Shown here piece by piece: positions 43,828 to 53,902 of a stretch of DNA of 64,000 nt (its first letter is position 1; each line of letters starts with the position of its first letter). Made by a program: the position numbers and the translations under genes. The notes beneath the pieces were generated by a model. That model was given only the letters and a program-made list of their open reading frames with translations. It ran no database searches and was not told where the DNA came from. This DNA comes from Chloroflexota bacterium (GTDB taxonomy: Bacteria; Chloroflexota; Limnocylindria; Limnocylindrales; CSP1-4), in assembly GCA_003141955.1 (NCBI GenBank), contig PLOC01000003.1:462-64461 (forward strand), written 5' to 3'.

Positions 43828-45567
43828 GTGGATGGCGCCGACAGACCGTCTCGGTTCGATCCGGAGCCGCCCGGGGCGGGCGTCGGCCGGCTGACCATCA
43901 TCGCCCAGGACCCCGCGGTCATGGTCGACGGCAGGATCCTGCGCGCCGTCGTGACGATCCCACCCGATCGTCTGGAACCGGGCCCACGCGGGCCCAGGTT
44001 CTGGGTCGTGGACTACGACTCGACGGCCCGCCGGGTCGTAGCACCGGCACCCGATCCGTGGCTGGACGCCATCGCCGCCTGCGCGGACGATGGGCTCGCA
44101 GCGGATCCCCGGGTTCGAGCGCAGAACGTCTACGTCGTGGCCGCCCGGACTCTGGAGACCTTCGAGAAGGCGCTGGGGCGACGGCTCAATTGGGGCTTCG
44201 CCGGGCACCAGCTGTACCTGGTGCCGTCAGCCTTTGCGGAGGCCAACGCTTTCTACGACCCGGATTCGTGCGCCGTCATGTTCGGCTACTTCCAGCCGGC
44301 GGAACCGGCCGGGGCAGCCACGGTATTCACCTCGCTGTCGCACGACATCGTCGCCCACGAGACGACCCACGCCATTCTCGACGGACTGCGGCGCCGCTTC
44401 GAGGAGCCGTCGCTGCCGGACCAGGCCGCCTTCCACGAAGCGCTGGCCGACATCGTGGCCCTGCTGTCGGTCTTCTCCATCCGCGAAACGGTTCTCGCGC
44501 TGGTACCCGGCGACCCCGACACGGGCCTGGCGGACGAGTCGAAGGTGACCGCCGGGGAGCTCGGCCGAACCGCCCTTCTCGGCCTGGCCGAACAGTTCGG
44601 GGCCGCTGTCCGCGTCCACGGCGGCGACGCTCTGCGCCGCTCCGTGAACCTGGCTGCAAACCCGGCGCTGCTTTCGGCGCCGGCATATCAGGAGCCCCAC
44701 GCCCGGGGTGAGATTCTGGTCGCGGCCGTCGGCAACGCCCTGCTCGAGATCTGGACCAGGCGCCTGGTGGACGTCCACGCCGCGGGCACGCCGCTCCATC
44801 GGACGCGCGTCGCGGACGAGGGCGTAAAGACCGCCGGCAATGTCCTGACCATGTGCATCCGGGCGATCGACTACCTGCCTCCGGTGGACCTTTCCTTCGA
44901 CGACTTCGCCACCGCGCTGCTGGCCGCCGACGAGGAGGTCGTTCCGGACGACCGACACGACTACCGCGGCACGCTGGAGAAGGCCTTCCGCCGATACGGT
45001 ATCCGGGAGGCCCGGCCGCAGCACGTCGCAACCTTCGGGCGCAGGGACGCCCCGACGTACCGGTCGATCCACGAGGAGGAGCTGCGCATCCGCCGCGACG
45101 AGGTCTTCCGCCTGCTCTGGCAGAACGCGACGCTGCTCGGGATTCCCACCGATTACTACCTGTCGGTCGAGACGGTCACGCCCTGCGCACGCGTGGCACC
45201 AGATGGGTTCGTCGTGCGCGAAGTCGTGGCCACATACATCCAGATGCTCGACGGCACGGCCGCCGAGTTGCGGGCACTGGCGGCGCGCCTTGGCGGTGAG
45301 CTGGTGATCCCCGCCGGCGTCAGCGACGCGACGCGGCTGGAGCTGCTCGGCGGCGGCACGGTCATCTTCGACGAGTTCGGCCGGCTGCGCTACCACCAGC
45401 CCAAGCCGCTCCTGGATTGGGGACGTCAGTCGCGCCGGCTCGACTACCTGGTCCGCAACGGAATGCGCGACACGCACGGTGGCGTGGGTTACTCGCAGGG
45501 GATGCCGCTCGGCCAGCGGTTCGCGGTCATGCACGCCCAGGAGCCCGACACGGGGGAGACATGGTGA
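43828..45567 (+). CDS. Cytoplasmic M4/M36-like zinc metalloprotease
   Basis: ANAFY, HDIVAHETTHAILDG (HExxH), FHEALAD, EPHARG; no signal peptide; GTG after ggggagga (alternative start 43750). Confidence 0.8.
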   Translation: MDGADRPSRFDPEPPGAGVGRLTIIAQDPAVMVDGRILRAVVTIPPDRLEPGPRGPRFWVVDYDSTARRVVAPAPDPWLDAIAACADDGLAADPRVRAQNVYVVAARTLETFEKALGRRLNWGFAGHQLYLVPSAFAEANAFYDPDSCAVMFGYFQPAEPAGAATVFTSLSHDIVAHETTHAILDGLRRRFEEPSLPDQAAFHEALADIVALLSVFSIRETVLALVPGDPDTGLADESKVTAGELGRTALLGLAEQFGAAVRVHGGDALRRSVNLAANPALLSAPAYQEPHARGEILVAAVGNALLEIWTRRLVDVHAAGTPLHRTRVADEGVKTAGNVLTMCIRAIDYLPPVDLSFDDFATALLAADEEVVPDDRHDYRGTLEKAFRRYGIREARPQHVATFGRRDAPTYRSIHEEELRIRRDEVFRLLWQNATLLGIPTDYYLSVETVTPCARVAPDGFVVREVVATYIQMLDGTAAELRALAARLGGELVIPAGVSDATRLELLGGGTVIFDEFGRLRYHQPKPLLDWGRQSRRLDYLVRNGMRDTHGGVGYSQGMPLGQRFAVMHAQEPDTGETW

Positions 45568-46847
45568 GCCAATCGCCGGTTCGCATCGACTTTCGCGCCT
45601 ACAACGTCGGGTTCGGCGATTGCCTGCTGCTCAGCTTCACCTACCCGGCCCCGATCGATGGACGAGCGGAGCGCCACGTCCTGATCGACTTCGGGTCGAC
45701 CAAGGCGGCCAGGGGCGGGCCGAGCCTGGCGGACGTCGCCGCTCTCATCGAGGCCGACACGCACGGCAAGCTCGACGTAGTCGTCCTCACCCATCGCCAC
45801 CGCGATCACCTGGCGGGGTTCGACCCGGCCACAGGCGGGGCGACAATCGCCCGCCTTGCGCCCGACGCGATCATTCGACCGTGGACTGAGGTGCCGAACG
45901 GCGCGGCGCCTGCTGCCGCGCCCTCGCCTGGTCGGCGCAAGCTGCTCGACGTCCTGGCTTCGGGGAACGGGTTCGCCCGCAGCATCACCGCGATCCCGTT
46001 CGCCGGCCGGCTCGGCGTCGCCGAATCCGCGCTGATGAGCATGGCGGCGATGCAGCTCGGCAACGATAGGGCCATCGGGCAGCTGGACCAGCTCGCCGCC
46101 GCAAGCTCGGCCCACTACCTGAAGTTCGGCGACCCGCTCGTCCTGGACATGCTGCCCGGAGTTTCCGTCTCGGTCCTCGGTCCTCCGGACCCGGAAACGT
46201 GGCCCGCGGTGCTGCACCAGGCCGCGCAGAGCACCGAGTACTGGCTTGGCGCCGGAAGCGCCGATCCGGCGGCGCTCACGGCCTCCGCCGCCGGAACGCC
46301 TCTCGGCATGGATGGCGACGCCGAATCTCTCCTGGAACCCGGCCCGGGGCGCTGGCTGATCGACCGCCTGGACGACCACCTCGTCCGCTCGGCCGAACGA
46401 TTGGTCCACCAGCTCGACAGCGTCCTCAACAACACCAGCCTGGTGCTGCTCGTGGAGGCCGCTGGCCACAAGCTCCTGCTGCCCGGCGACGCCGAGGTGG
46501 AGAACTGGGGCTACGCGCTGACGGCCGCGCCGGACCACCAGGGCATCTGCGATCGGCTGCGGGGCGTGGACCTCTACAAGGTCGGCCACCACGGCAGCCG
46601 CAACGCCACTCCCAAGCTGTCGCTCTACCCGCTCCTGGCCGTGACGCCGCCGGGCCGCGTCGCCGTTATGTCGACCCTCGTCGGCTTCTACGGCACGACA
46701 AACCCGGTCCCGAGCCAGGCGCTGATCGACAAGCTGTCGCTGCCGCCGTTCACGCTCCTGCGAACCGACGTCGCCGGCTCCACGACCGGTGCACGATCAG
46801 TCCACCTCGCCGCCACCGACTCGACGGCCTTTGCTCCGGCCGACTGA
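45561..46847 (+). CDS. ComEC-like MBL-fold metallohydrolase with insertions
   Basis: NVGFGD, IDFG, THRHRDH, NNTS, PGDAE, KVGHHGSRN; start overlaps the protease stop. Confidence 0.82.
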   Translation: MVSQSPVRIDFRAYNVGFGDCLLLSFTYPAPIDGRAERHVLIDFGSTKAARGGPSLADVAALIEADTHGKLDVVVLTHRHRDHLAGFDPATGGATIARLAPDAIIRPWTEVPNGAAPAAAPSPGRRKLLDVLASGNGFARSITAIPFAGRLGVAESALMSMAAMQLGNDRAIGQLDQLAAASSAHYLKFGDPLVLDMLPGVSVSVLGPPDPETWPAVLHQAAQSTEYWLGAGSADPAALTASAAGTPLGMDGDAESLLEPGPGRWLIDRLDDHLVRSAERLVHQLDSVLNNTSLVLLVEAAGHKLLLPGDAEVENWGYALTAAPDHQGICDRLRGVDLYKVGHHGSRNATPKLSLYPLLAVTPPGRVAVMSTLVGFYGTTNPVPSQALIDKLSLPPFTLLRTDVAGSTTGARSVHLAATDSTAFAPAD

Positions 46848-46922
46848 CGGTCAAGAGCCGATCCCCGCGGCCGCGTCTTCACGAACCGGCTTTCTCTCTA
46901 GGGATTGACCCTCGGTGGGGCC

Positions 46923-46950
46923 TTCAGCGGCCGGCGCCGAGCGCCGACTA
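46923..46950 (+). promoter_or_regulatory. Putative sigma-28-type promoter
   Basis: TTCAG-N15-GCCGACTA, resembling the site upstream of the PilZ gene. Confidence 0.4.
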
Positions 46951-46990
46951 TTCCGTACGGAGGGGCCGACACACCGGCAAGGAGCTACGC

Positions 46991-47716
46991 GTGGACGGCT
47001 TGTCATCCGTGCAGCTGAACGTCGCCTCGCTGGGCGCGTCTCAGCTCACAACCACACAGTCCTGGCGCACACACAGCCATCCGGCAATGGATGCCGCTGC
47101 CACGACGCTGGGCATGAGCGCGAGCGACCTCCGCACTGCGCTGCAGAGCGGCCAGAGTCTCGCATCGATCGCCTCCTCGAAAGGCATAAGCGAGACCACG
47201 CTGACCGCGGCGATGGCGGCCGCGATCGAGCAGGCGAATCCCGGCATCTCCGCCGATCAGGCTACCAAAGTCGCGACGGCGATCGCGACCCGCACGCCTC
47301 CGGCGGGCTCCGCGCCCGCCCAGACCGGAACCTCGAGCAGCGCCACCCAGGCGACCACTGGGGCCACCACCGGCACTACCGCCGCCGGCGGCCATCACCA
47401 CCACCATCACCATCACGCCATGAGCACGGCGGTGGACGCTACCGCGCAGCTGCTCGGCACGACGACCACCGACCTCGCCACTTCGCTGCAGAGCGGCCAG
47501 ACCCTCGCCCAGATCGCGTCAGCGCAGGGCGTCAGCCAGAACGACCTGGTCACGGCGATCTCGAACGCGCTCCAGCAGGCCGACTCGAATCTCTCCTCCG
47601 ACCAGGCGACCCAGCTGGCCACGACGCTGGCCACCGGAACGCCCCCGACCGGCGGGACTCAGCCCTGGGCAACCGGGAAGACGGGCACCTCGAGCACGTA
47701 CAACATTCTCGCCTGA
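46991..47716 (+). CDS. Hypothetical two-repeat protein with His8 tract
   Basis: GTG after aaggag; two LG...DL...LQSGQ.LA.IA...G.S repeats; His8 at 47393-47416. Confidence 0.75.
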   Translation: MDGLSSVQLNVASLGASQLTTTQSWRTHSHPAMDAAATTLGMSASDLRTALQSGQSLASIASSKGISETTLTAAMAAAIEQANPGISADQATKVATAIATRTPPAGSAPAQTGTSSSATQATTGATTGTTAAGGHHHHHHHHAMSTAVDATAQLLGTTTTDLATSLQSGQTLAQIASAQGVSQNDLVTAISNALQQADSNLSSDQATQLATTLATGTPPTGGTQPWATGKTGTSSTYNILA

Positions 47717-47942
47717 CGGGCTTCGTCGGACAAACAAGCAGCCGGTCGCGGAGGGGGGAGCGACCGGCTGCTTCTCATTCGCGGCCGGGCTGGATAGTGG
47801 GCTCGGCCACGAGCGCATTGGGCCAGCCAATCCTGATGAAACGCTGAATCTGGACGCATTCGAGGGGATTCCCCGACCTCTTCCGGCGGGCAATTCCGCC
47901 GCGGCCGGGGCGATTGGCTCCCGCGCTCGCCCGTTCCGGCGG

Positions 47943-48839
47943 TCAGACCGTGGCGTCGGCGATAACGACCCGCTTCGGGGCGATAAGGCCGTCGTGCCGG
48001 CCGCGCAGGTACCGCTCCGTGACATCGTCGGCGGAGAGGAACTCGACCGAGCCGAAGCCCGCCGCCTTCAGCCTTGAGGCCACCGTCTCGGGCTCGAAGC
48101 GCGTCCGCCATGGCTCGCCGATCGCCGCCATGCGGGCGGCGGCCGAACCGGGCGGAGGCGAGCCTTCGGTCGAGGCGTCCGGCCGGGAGAAGTTGAAGAC
48201 GAACTCGCTGCCCGCGGCCAGCCTGCCGGCCATGTCGAATAGCCTCTTGGCCGCGCTGTCGCTCAAGTAGATCAGCACTCCCAGGCATGCCAGCAACGCC
48301 GGCTGCGTGGCGTCCAGGCCGGCGGCCTCCAGCTGGCGGCGCAGGTCATCGGCTTCAAGGTCGGCCGCGGCGTAGCGCAGGTTCGGCGGCTCCTCGATCC
48401 CGGCGCGCCGCAGCCGGGCGCGCTTGTCGAGCTGGCTTGCGGCGTGGTCGACTTCGATGATGCGCAGGTCGCCCGCCCAGCCGGGCTGGCGGTAGGCGAA
48501 CGTGTCCAGCCCCGCACCCAGGATCGCGTACTGGCGAATGCCACGGCGAACCGCTTCCACGAGGCGGTCTTCCACGTACCGGCTCCGAACTACAACGTCG
48601 CAGCGCAGGGCGCGGGAGACCGGAGTTCGCAGCCGATCGGCGTGCTCCTGGATCGCTCGCGCCGCTTTCGGGTCAAGGAGGCGCAGTGCCAGCGCGTCGT
48701 CGAGGATGGGCGGTGGATCGTCGATCAGGAGATGCGCCGCCCGCAGCCGCGCGGCCCCGAGGGCGGTCGCGCTGGCGGCTCGCTCGAGGACGATGTCCCG
48801 GGGCGGCTCGACGTTCCGGTGCGCCCGCTCGAAGCCCAT
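47943..48839 (-). CDS. Class I SAM-dependent methyltransferase (LCM/TcmP-like)
   Basis: TALGAARLRA, RSRYVED, LGAGLDTFAYR, EVD, ADL, GVLIYL. Confidence 0.88.
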   Translation of the reverse strand: MGFERAHRNVEPPRDIVLERAASATALGAARLRAAHLLIDDPPPILDDALALRLLDPKAARAIQEHADRLRTPVSRALRCDVVVRSRYVEDRLVEAVRRGIRQYAILGAGLDTFAYRQPGWAGDLRIIEVDHAASQLDKRARLRRAGIEEPPNLRYAAADLEADDLRRQLEAAGLDATQPALLACLGVLIYLSDSAAKRLFDMAGRLAAGSEFVFNFSRPDASTEGSPPPGSAAARMAAIGEPWRTRFEPETVASRLKAAGFGSVEFLSADDVTERYLRGRHDGLIAPKRVVIADATV

Positions 48840-48965
48840 CCCGGCACGATACCGCGAACTGGGTCGATCGGGTCGCCGGCGCGCCCGACCGGACGCGGAG
48901 CGGTCGACGGGCGGGTCTAGGATGCTGGGGAAACATTTCGGCCTCCTCGAGCCCACAAGGTAGGT

Positions 48966-49457
48966 GTGGAGATAGCCGCGGTCTCGATCACCAGCGACGA
49001 GTTCGATGAACGCTATCCGGGCCTGTTTGCGGGGCTGACAAGGCTGGGCCGGGCGCTGGGCGCCGGGCCCGAGGCCGAAGACATCGCTCAGGAGGTTCTC
49101 CTCGAGGGGCGTCGCCAGCTTGGCCGGCTTCGAGATTGCGACAAGCTCCAGGCCTGGCTGCGCCGGATGATGGTCCGAGCCTGCTACCGGCACCGAGGCC
49201 GCCGCCGATCCACGCCACTCAATTCCGCGGTTGCGTATGTGCCGCTCGATCTCAGCGGAGCGCTCGACGTCCGAATCGCGGTGGCCCGTCTGCCGCCGCG
49301 AGAACGGCTCCCCGTGGCTCTCGTCTACGGCCTCGGCTATTCGCAGGCCGAGGCGGCCGACGCGATGGGAATAACCCGCGGAGGGCTGGCGACGGCGCTC
49401 TTCAAGGCTCGTGCCCGGCTCGTCCGGGAGCTCGGCGACCGAAGGCAGGTGGAGTGA
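48966..49457 (+). CDS. ECF sigma factor
   Basis: AEDIAQEV, AWLRR, LPPRER, GYSQAEAADAMG, KARARL. Confidence 0.85.
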   Translation: MEIAAVSITSDEFDERYPGLFAGLTRLGRALGAGPEAEDIAQEVLLEGRRQLGRLRDCDKLQAWLRRMMVRACYRHRGRRRSTPLNSAVAYVPLDLSGALDVRIAVARLPPRERLPVALVYGLGYSQAEAADAMGITRGGLATALFKARARLVRELGDRRQVE

Positions 49458-50257
49458 TGAACCCGGCGCAATGGCTGCCTGGCGGCAGGTCGCATCTGGA
49501 CGAGCGGCTGATCATGGCCGCGGCCGATGGCCGCGGGTCGATGGCTGCGTGGTCGGCCGGGCAGCGAACGCATCTGCTCCGTTGCGAACCGTGCCGCTCG
49601 CTGCTCGCGCGGCACGAAGAGCTGGCAGCCGCGCTCGGCGGAGAGTGGGGTCTGCGGGAGGTTCCGGGCGTGTCGCGTGCTTCGTATCGCGCCCCGATGC
49701 GACGAGCCCGGCAGGTTCTTGCCAGTCTCGCCGCGGTCGCGCTCGTCGCCGTGCTGGCGGGGAGCTGGTGGGCATGGCGCTCCAGCCCCTTTGCGGCGCA
49801 GCCGAGCCCGTCCTTCGCGGTGTATGCGGTGAATCCCGATGGCACGTTCGCGTATCTCAACACCTGCGTGATGCCGGCTCAGAACTACGGTCAAGGACAA
49901 CCGGACTGGGGCGAGGATTACCTCATTGGGGCCCGACTGTACCTCAACTTCACCGGCCAACCCGAGGCGCACGTCGCCGCTCTTCGTGCGCTCCTGCCTG
50001 CCGACTGCGCGGTGTACGTCCGGATCGTGCCGGTTTCCTCGGCGGTCGGTCGAGCTCTTCAGGAGCGGATCTCCGACGACGCGGCGTCGCTCCAGGCCGC
50101 GGGCGTCCAACTCACCACCGTTGGCTTCGACCCGATAGCCGACAAGGTCACGGTGAGTGTCTACCCACTAACGCCGCAGGCTCGGGCCGAGCTTGAGCGG
50201 CGCTATCCCGCGCAGATGCTGGAGATAACCGAGCAGGCAACCCTCCCGCCGGTGTGA
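49457..50257 (+). CDS. Putative membrane-anchored ZAS anti-sigma factor
   Basis: HLLRCEPC (HxxxCxxC), single TM, extracellular domain; coupled to the sigma gene. Confidence 0.7.
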   Translation: MNPAQWLPGGRSHLDERLIMAAADGRGSMAAWSAGQRTHLLRCEPCRSLLARHEELAAALGGEWGLREVPGVSRASYRAPMRRARQVLASLAAVALVAVLAGSWWAWRSSPFAAQPSPSFAVYAVNPDGTFAYLNTCVMPAQNYGQGQPDWGEDYLIGARLYLNFTGQPEAHVAALRALLPADCAVYVRIVPVSSAVGRALQERISDDAASLQAAGVQLTTVGFDPIADKVTVSVYPLTPQARAELERRYPAQMLEITEQATLPPV

Positions 50258-50285
50258 GCCGGCCGGGTGGCGCCGCCTCCGACGC

Positions 50286-51377
50286 CTAAGGTTTGGCGGC
50301 CGCCCAGCCCTCGACTGAAGTGGTGACCGGCGCGCCGGTCGAGGCCGACTCTTCGATCGCCAGGCCGATGAGATGGTCCTGGCAGCCCTCGGCCAGCGGG
50401 TACGGCGGCGCGCCCTCGCCGCGACTCCAGGCCGCCATCGCGATTAGCATCGTGCCGATCGCGATCTCCTCGTCACTCAGGCGCAGGCCCGGGAACGGAT
50501 TCCGGTACAGGATGGTGTCGCCCAGGCTGATGTGGTCCGTGTCGAACCCGTCGAGATCGAGGTCGTAGCCGGTCTGGCGGCGGACCAGCGGAGACCGCAC
50601 GATCGTGCGAGGCCCGACGAGCCGAACCACCTCGTCGTTCGCGATCTCTCCCGCGGAGCCGCGGATCACGATCCGGCGCGACCGGAGCTGGTTGTGCCAC
50701 TGGTTGTCGGTGAAGTCGTAGAGCCCCATGGAGCCGCCGAAGTCGATGGTCGCGATGGTCGTCTTCGCGTCCTTTGGCCGGTCGTCGTCGGTCCACGCGT
50801 CCTTCACCAGCGGGTCGATGAGCGGCGCGACGAACGTTCCGGCGCTCACCTTCGCCGTCTCGAACCGGGCGCCCAGGAAGGTCCGCATCAGCGCCACAGC
50901 GTGATAGAGGTGCGTCGAGGACACCTGTACGGACGTCACCGTGCCGATCGCGCCCGGGCGCGCGAGGGCGAGCCTCGATGCGTGGCTGGGCATGAGCGCA
51001 TACTGCTCGGCGACCTGGACCAGGCCGCTCGCCCCCACTACCTGCCAAAGCCGGCGGAGCCCATCGATGTCGGGCGCGGGTGGCGTCTCGGACAGGACCG
51101 GCACGCCGAGCTCGACCGCGGCCTGCACCAGGCCCGGCGTCGCCGGCCACGGCACGCTGACAATCACGAAGTCCGGACGCTGGCTCGCGACCAGTTCCGC
51201 CACGGAGCCGTACGCGGGCACGCCCCACTGCCTGGACGCGGCCTCTGTCCGATCCGGGCTGTGTCCGACGAGTCCGACGACCTCGAGCTGCGCTGGCAGC
51301 AGCCGGGCCAGCCGGAAGTAGAATTGCGCTCGCCAGCCGGTCCCGACGATGCCGAAGCGGCCTCGCCCTGCAGTCAT
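50286..51377 (-). CDS. Gfo/Idh/MocA oxidoreductase
   Basis: GIVGTGWR, VLSETPP, VAEQY, HLYHA. Confidence 0.85.
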   Translation of the reverse strand: MTAGRGRFGIVGTGWRAQFYFRLARLLPAQLEVVGLVGHSPDRTEAASRQWGVPAYGSVAELVASQRPDFVIVSVPWPATPGLVQAAVELGVPVLSETPPAPDIDGLRRLWQVVGASGLVQVAEQYALMPSHASRLALARPGAIGTVTSVQVSSTHLYHAVALMRTFLGARFETAKVSAGTFVAPLIDPLVKDAWTDDDRPKDAKTTIATIDFGGSMGLYDFTDNQWHNQLRSRRIVIRGSAGEIANDEVVRLVGPRTIVRSPLVRRQTGYDLDLDGFDTDHISLGDTILYRNPFPGLRLSDEEIAIGTMLIAMAAWSRGEGAPPYPLAEGCQDHLIGLAIEESASTGAPVTTSVEGWAAAKP

Positions 51378-51657
51378 CTCATGCTCCTGTCGCGAGGTCT
51401 CTGGACCATCGGACGATATCAGGTGGGCGCCTAGCCGTCCTGGCCCGCCGATGACCAGCGCCGTCCGTAGTTGGGATGTACATGGGGGGTGCGGATCGCA
51501 GCCGAGCCCGCGGACCGGCGGCGCGCGGATCGGCCCTTACGCGAGATTGGCTCCCAGTCAGGCGACGCGAGGCCGCCACGGTGGCAGTACCCACCCAGGT
51601 CCGCCGGCCAACGCACGTGATCTCGGGGCACAACCCCTGGCTGCCCCGAAACGAGGA

Positions 51658-51680
51658 AGGGCACCCAGCTAGGGTGCCCT
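51658..51680 (-). terminator. Hairpin downstream of the tRNA
   Basis: AGGGCACCC-agcta-GGGTGCCCT. Confidence 0.55.
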
Positions 51681-51703
51681 CACGTTACCGGAACGGAAGA
51701 ATG

Positions 51704-51779
51704 TGGAGCGGGAGACGGGATTCGAACCCGCGACATTCTGCTTGGGAAGCAGACACTCTGCCAGCTGAGTTACTCCCGC
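51704..51779 (-). tRNA. tRNA-Gly(CCC)
   Basis: GCGGGAG acceptor stem, TCTGC-TTCCCAA-GCAGA anticodon arm, GGTTCGAATCC T-arm, encoded CCA; 76 nt. Confidence 0.96.
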
Positions 51780-51866
51780 TCGATTCACGCTCGTGGAGAG
51801 CGTCTGCCTTTCGGAGAGGCCCGCCGCGCTGGTCCTGGAGCAGAAAACTGAGTAAGATGGTGCGAG

Positions 51867-52907
51867 ATGCGCGAGCCATCCGACCCAGCCTCGCTGCCAC
51901 CCGTGCGACGTGCCCGACCGAGCGGCGCCCATCCTACACCGCGCCCCGCCGCCCCGGCAACGACCGCCCTCGCCTCCGACATCGCGAGCTTCCGCCGCCA
52001 TCTCGCGGCCCGCAACCTGTCGCCCAAGACCGAGCGGACGTACACCGACGCCGCAGTCCTGTTCGAGGCCTTCATTGCCCGCGAGGGTCCGCCCGCTGCC
52101 CTGCCGGCGATCCGGCGCGAGCACGTCGAGGCCTTCATAGCCGACCAGCTCCGCCGTTACAGGCCCACCACCGCGCACAACCGGTACCGCAGCCTCCAGG
52201 CGCTTTTCAAGTGGGCAGTCGAAGAAGAGATGATTGTGACCTCGCCGATGGATCGGATGAAGCCGCCGATCGTCGGGGAGCAGCTGCCGCCGATGCTGAG
52301 TGACGATGAGATCCGGGCCTTGCTCAACGTCTGTGCCGAAGATCACACGTTCGCGGGCCGGCGCGACGAGGCGCTCGTCCGGGTGCTGCTCGACAGCGGT
52401 GCCCGTCGGGCCGAGATCGCCGCACTGCGCTGGACGCCTGGCAACCCGGAAACGAACGACGTCGACCTCGATGGCCGCCAGCTGCGGGTGCTGGGGAAGG
52501 GCCGGCGGGAGCGCCTGGTGGTGATCGGTCGAGAGGCGGTCAGGGCACTCGATCGTTACCTGCGCTACCGCGACGGCGGAACACGTCATGGCAAGTTGAT
52601 CCCGCCGCACCACTCGGCTCACCTGCCCAACCTTTGGCTCGGACCCAAGGGCGCCTTCACGGAATCCGGGATGGGCCAGATGATCCATGAACGGGGCGTC
52701 GCCGCCGGTCTCGGGCATCACGTTCACCCCCACATGTTCCGCCGGACCTACGCCCACAAGATGCTCGCCGGGGGCATGAGCGAGACCGATCTGATGACGC
52801 TCGCTGGCTGGCGCTCACGGACGATGGTCTCGCGCTACGCCGCGTCGGCGGCCGCTGAGCGAGCCGCCGAGGTGGGTAAGCGGCTGAGCCCGGGCGACAA
52901 GCTGTAG
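51867..52907 (+). CDS. Tyrosine recombinase/integrase
   Basis: SGARRAEI, VLGKG, HPHMFRRTYA, AGW, SRY; TAAGAT lies 8 nt before the ATG. Confidence 0.93.
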   Translation: MREPSDPASLPPVRRARPSGAHPTPRPAAPATTALASDIASFRRHLAARNLSPKTERTYTDAAVLFEAFIAREGPPAALPAIRREHVEAFIADQLRRYRPTTAHNRYRSLQALFKWAVEEEMIVTSPMDRMKPPIVGEQLPPMLSDDEIRALLNVCAEDHTFAGRRDEALVRVLLDSGARRAEIAALRWTPGNPETNDVDLDGRQLRVLGKGRRERLVVIGREAVRALDRYLRYRDGGTRHGKLIPPHHSAHLPNLWLGPKGAFTESGMGQMIHERGVAAGLGHHVHPHMFRRTYAHKMLAGGMSETDLMTLAGWRSRTMVSRYAASAAAERAAEVGKRLSPGDKL

Positions 52908-53167
52908 GTGCTGGCGCGTCGGGGGATTACCGAGGCCGGCGTCCAGCCCGGTCGCGTCCGGCGGGGTTGCGAGTTCGTCAGGGGCCTCCACCGCCAGTGC
53001 GATCAGGTGCAGGATTCGACGAAGAGCGTGCGATCCTGCCTATGAGCGACCTGGCGGGTCTGACTGTTTGCTCTGCTCGGTCTTGGCCAGCACACATCAC
53101 GACCGGAGAGGTTCACGGACGGCAACCGGCCCTCAGCGTCGCGAGCACGAAGGCAGCGCTCGCGGCC

Positions 53168-53196
53168 TTGACTGCCACCCTCCGCATCTATACTGT
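53168..53196 (+). promoter_or_regulatory. sigma70 promoter, probably leaderless transcript
   Basis: TTGACT-N17-TACTGT ending 7 nt before ATG 53204. Confidence 0.6.
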
Positions 53197-53203
53197 TCGC
53201 ACT

Positions 53204-53902
53204 ATGTTTGAGGATACGTCTTCCCCTGCGCCGGGCTTTCTGCCCATCGTCCCCGCGGCCAAACGCCTCGGCGTCACGCAGGGGCGAGTCCGTCAACTGA
53301 TCAAGTCCGGCGATCTCCTCGCCAACCAGGTTGGCGACATCTGGCTTGTCGAGAGTGAGAGCGTGGAACGCCGGATCGCCCTTGCGCCGGGCCATGGCCG
53401 CAGGCTCACGCCAGCTCGCGCCTGGGGCCTATTGTGCATTGCCGATCACCAGCCGGCTCCGTGGCTCGATAGGTCCGCCCGATACAGGGTGAGGGCGCTG
53501 CTCCGAGATCGCGGTCTTCGCGCCTTGAGTTCGAAGCTGGTCGATCGGGGTCTGCCCGTGCGGCTACGATCCCACCCATCTCTTCTCCGGCGACTGCGCA
53601 ACGATCCCCGCCTCATGCTGACCGGCGCTACGGCCGCGGCCGAACTCGGTCTCGGCCTGCTTGCTGGCGATGTCGTGGAGGCATACATCGAGGGCGGCCG
53701 GTTCGAGGAGATCAGCCAGGAGTATCACCTGCAGCCGAGCCGAGAGACCAACGTCGTGCTGCGTCGGGTTCGGGACTTCGCGGCTACTTGGCCGCTCGCT
53801 CCCAAGACGCCACTGTTGGCCATCGCGCTCGATCTTTCCGAGGATCCCGATCCGCGGGTGCGCGAACTCGGGGCGTCACTGCTCGACCGCATTGACCCGT
53901 GA
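53204..53902 (+). CDS. Excisionase-like HTH fused to an AbiEi-like domain (putative type IV antitoxin)
   Basis: AAKRLGVTQGRVRQLIKSGDL.A; LTGATAA, EAYI, NVVLR, ALDL. Confidence 0.65.
   Translation: MFEDTSSPAPGFLPIVPAAKRLGVTQGRVRQLIKSGDLLANQVGDIWLVESESVERRIALAPGHGRRLTPARAWGLLCIADHQPAPWLDRSARYRVRALLRDRGLRALSSKLVDRGLPVRLRSHPSLLRRLRNDPRLMLTGATAAAELGLGLLAGDVVEAYIEGGRFEEISQEYHLQPSRETNVVLRRVRDFAATWPLAPKTPLLAIALDLSEDPDPRVRELGASLLDRIDP

Noticed and set aside
52980..53030. ggattcgac as a tmRNA 5' end
   Set aside because: No acceptor stem, tag reading frame or 3' T-arm found
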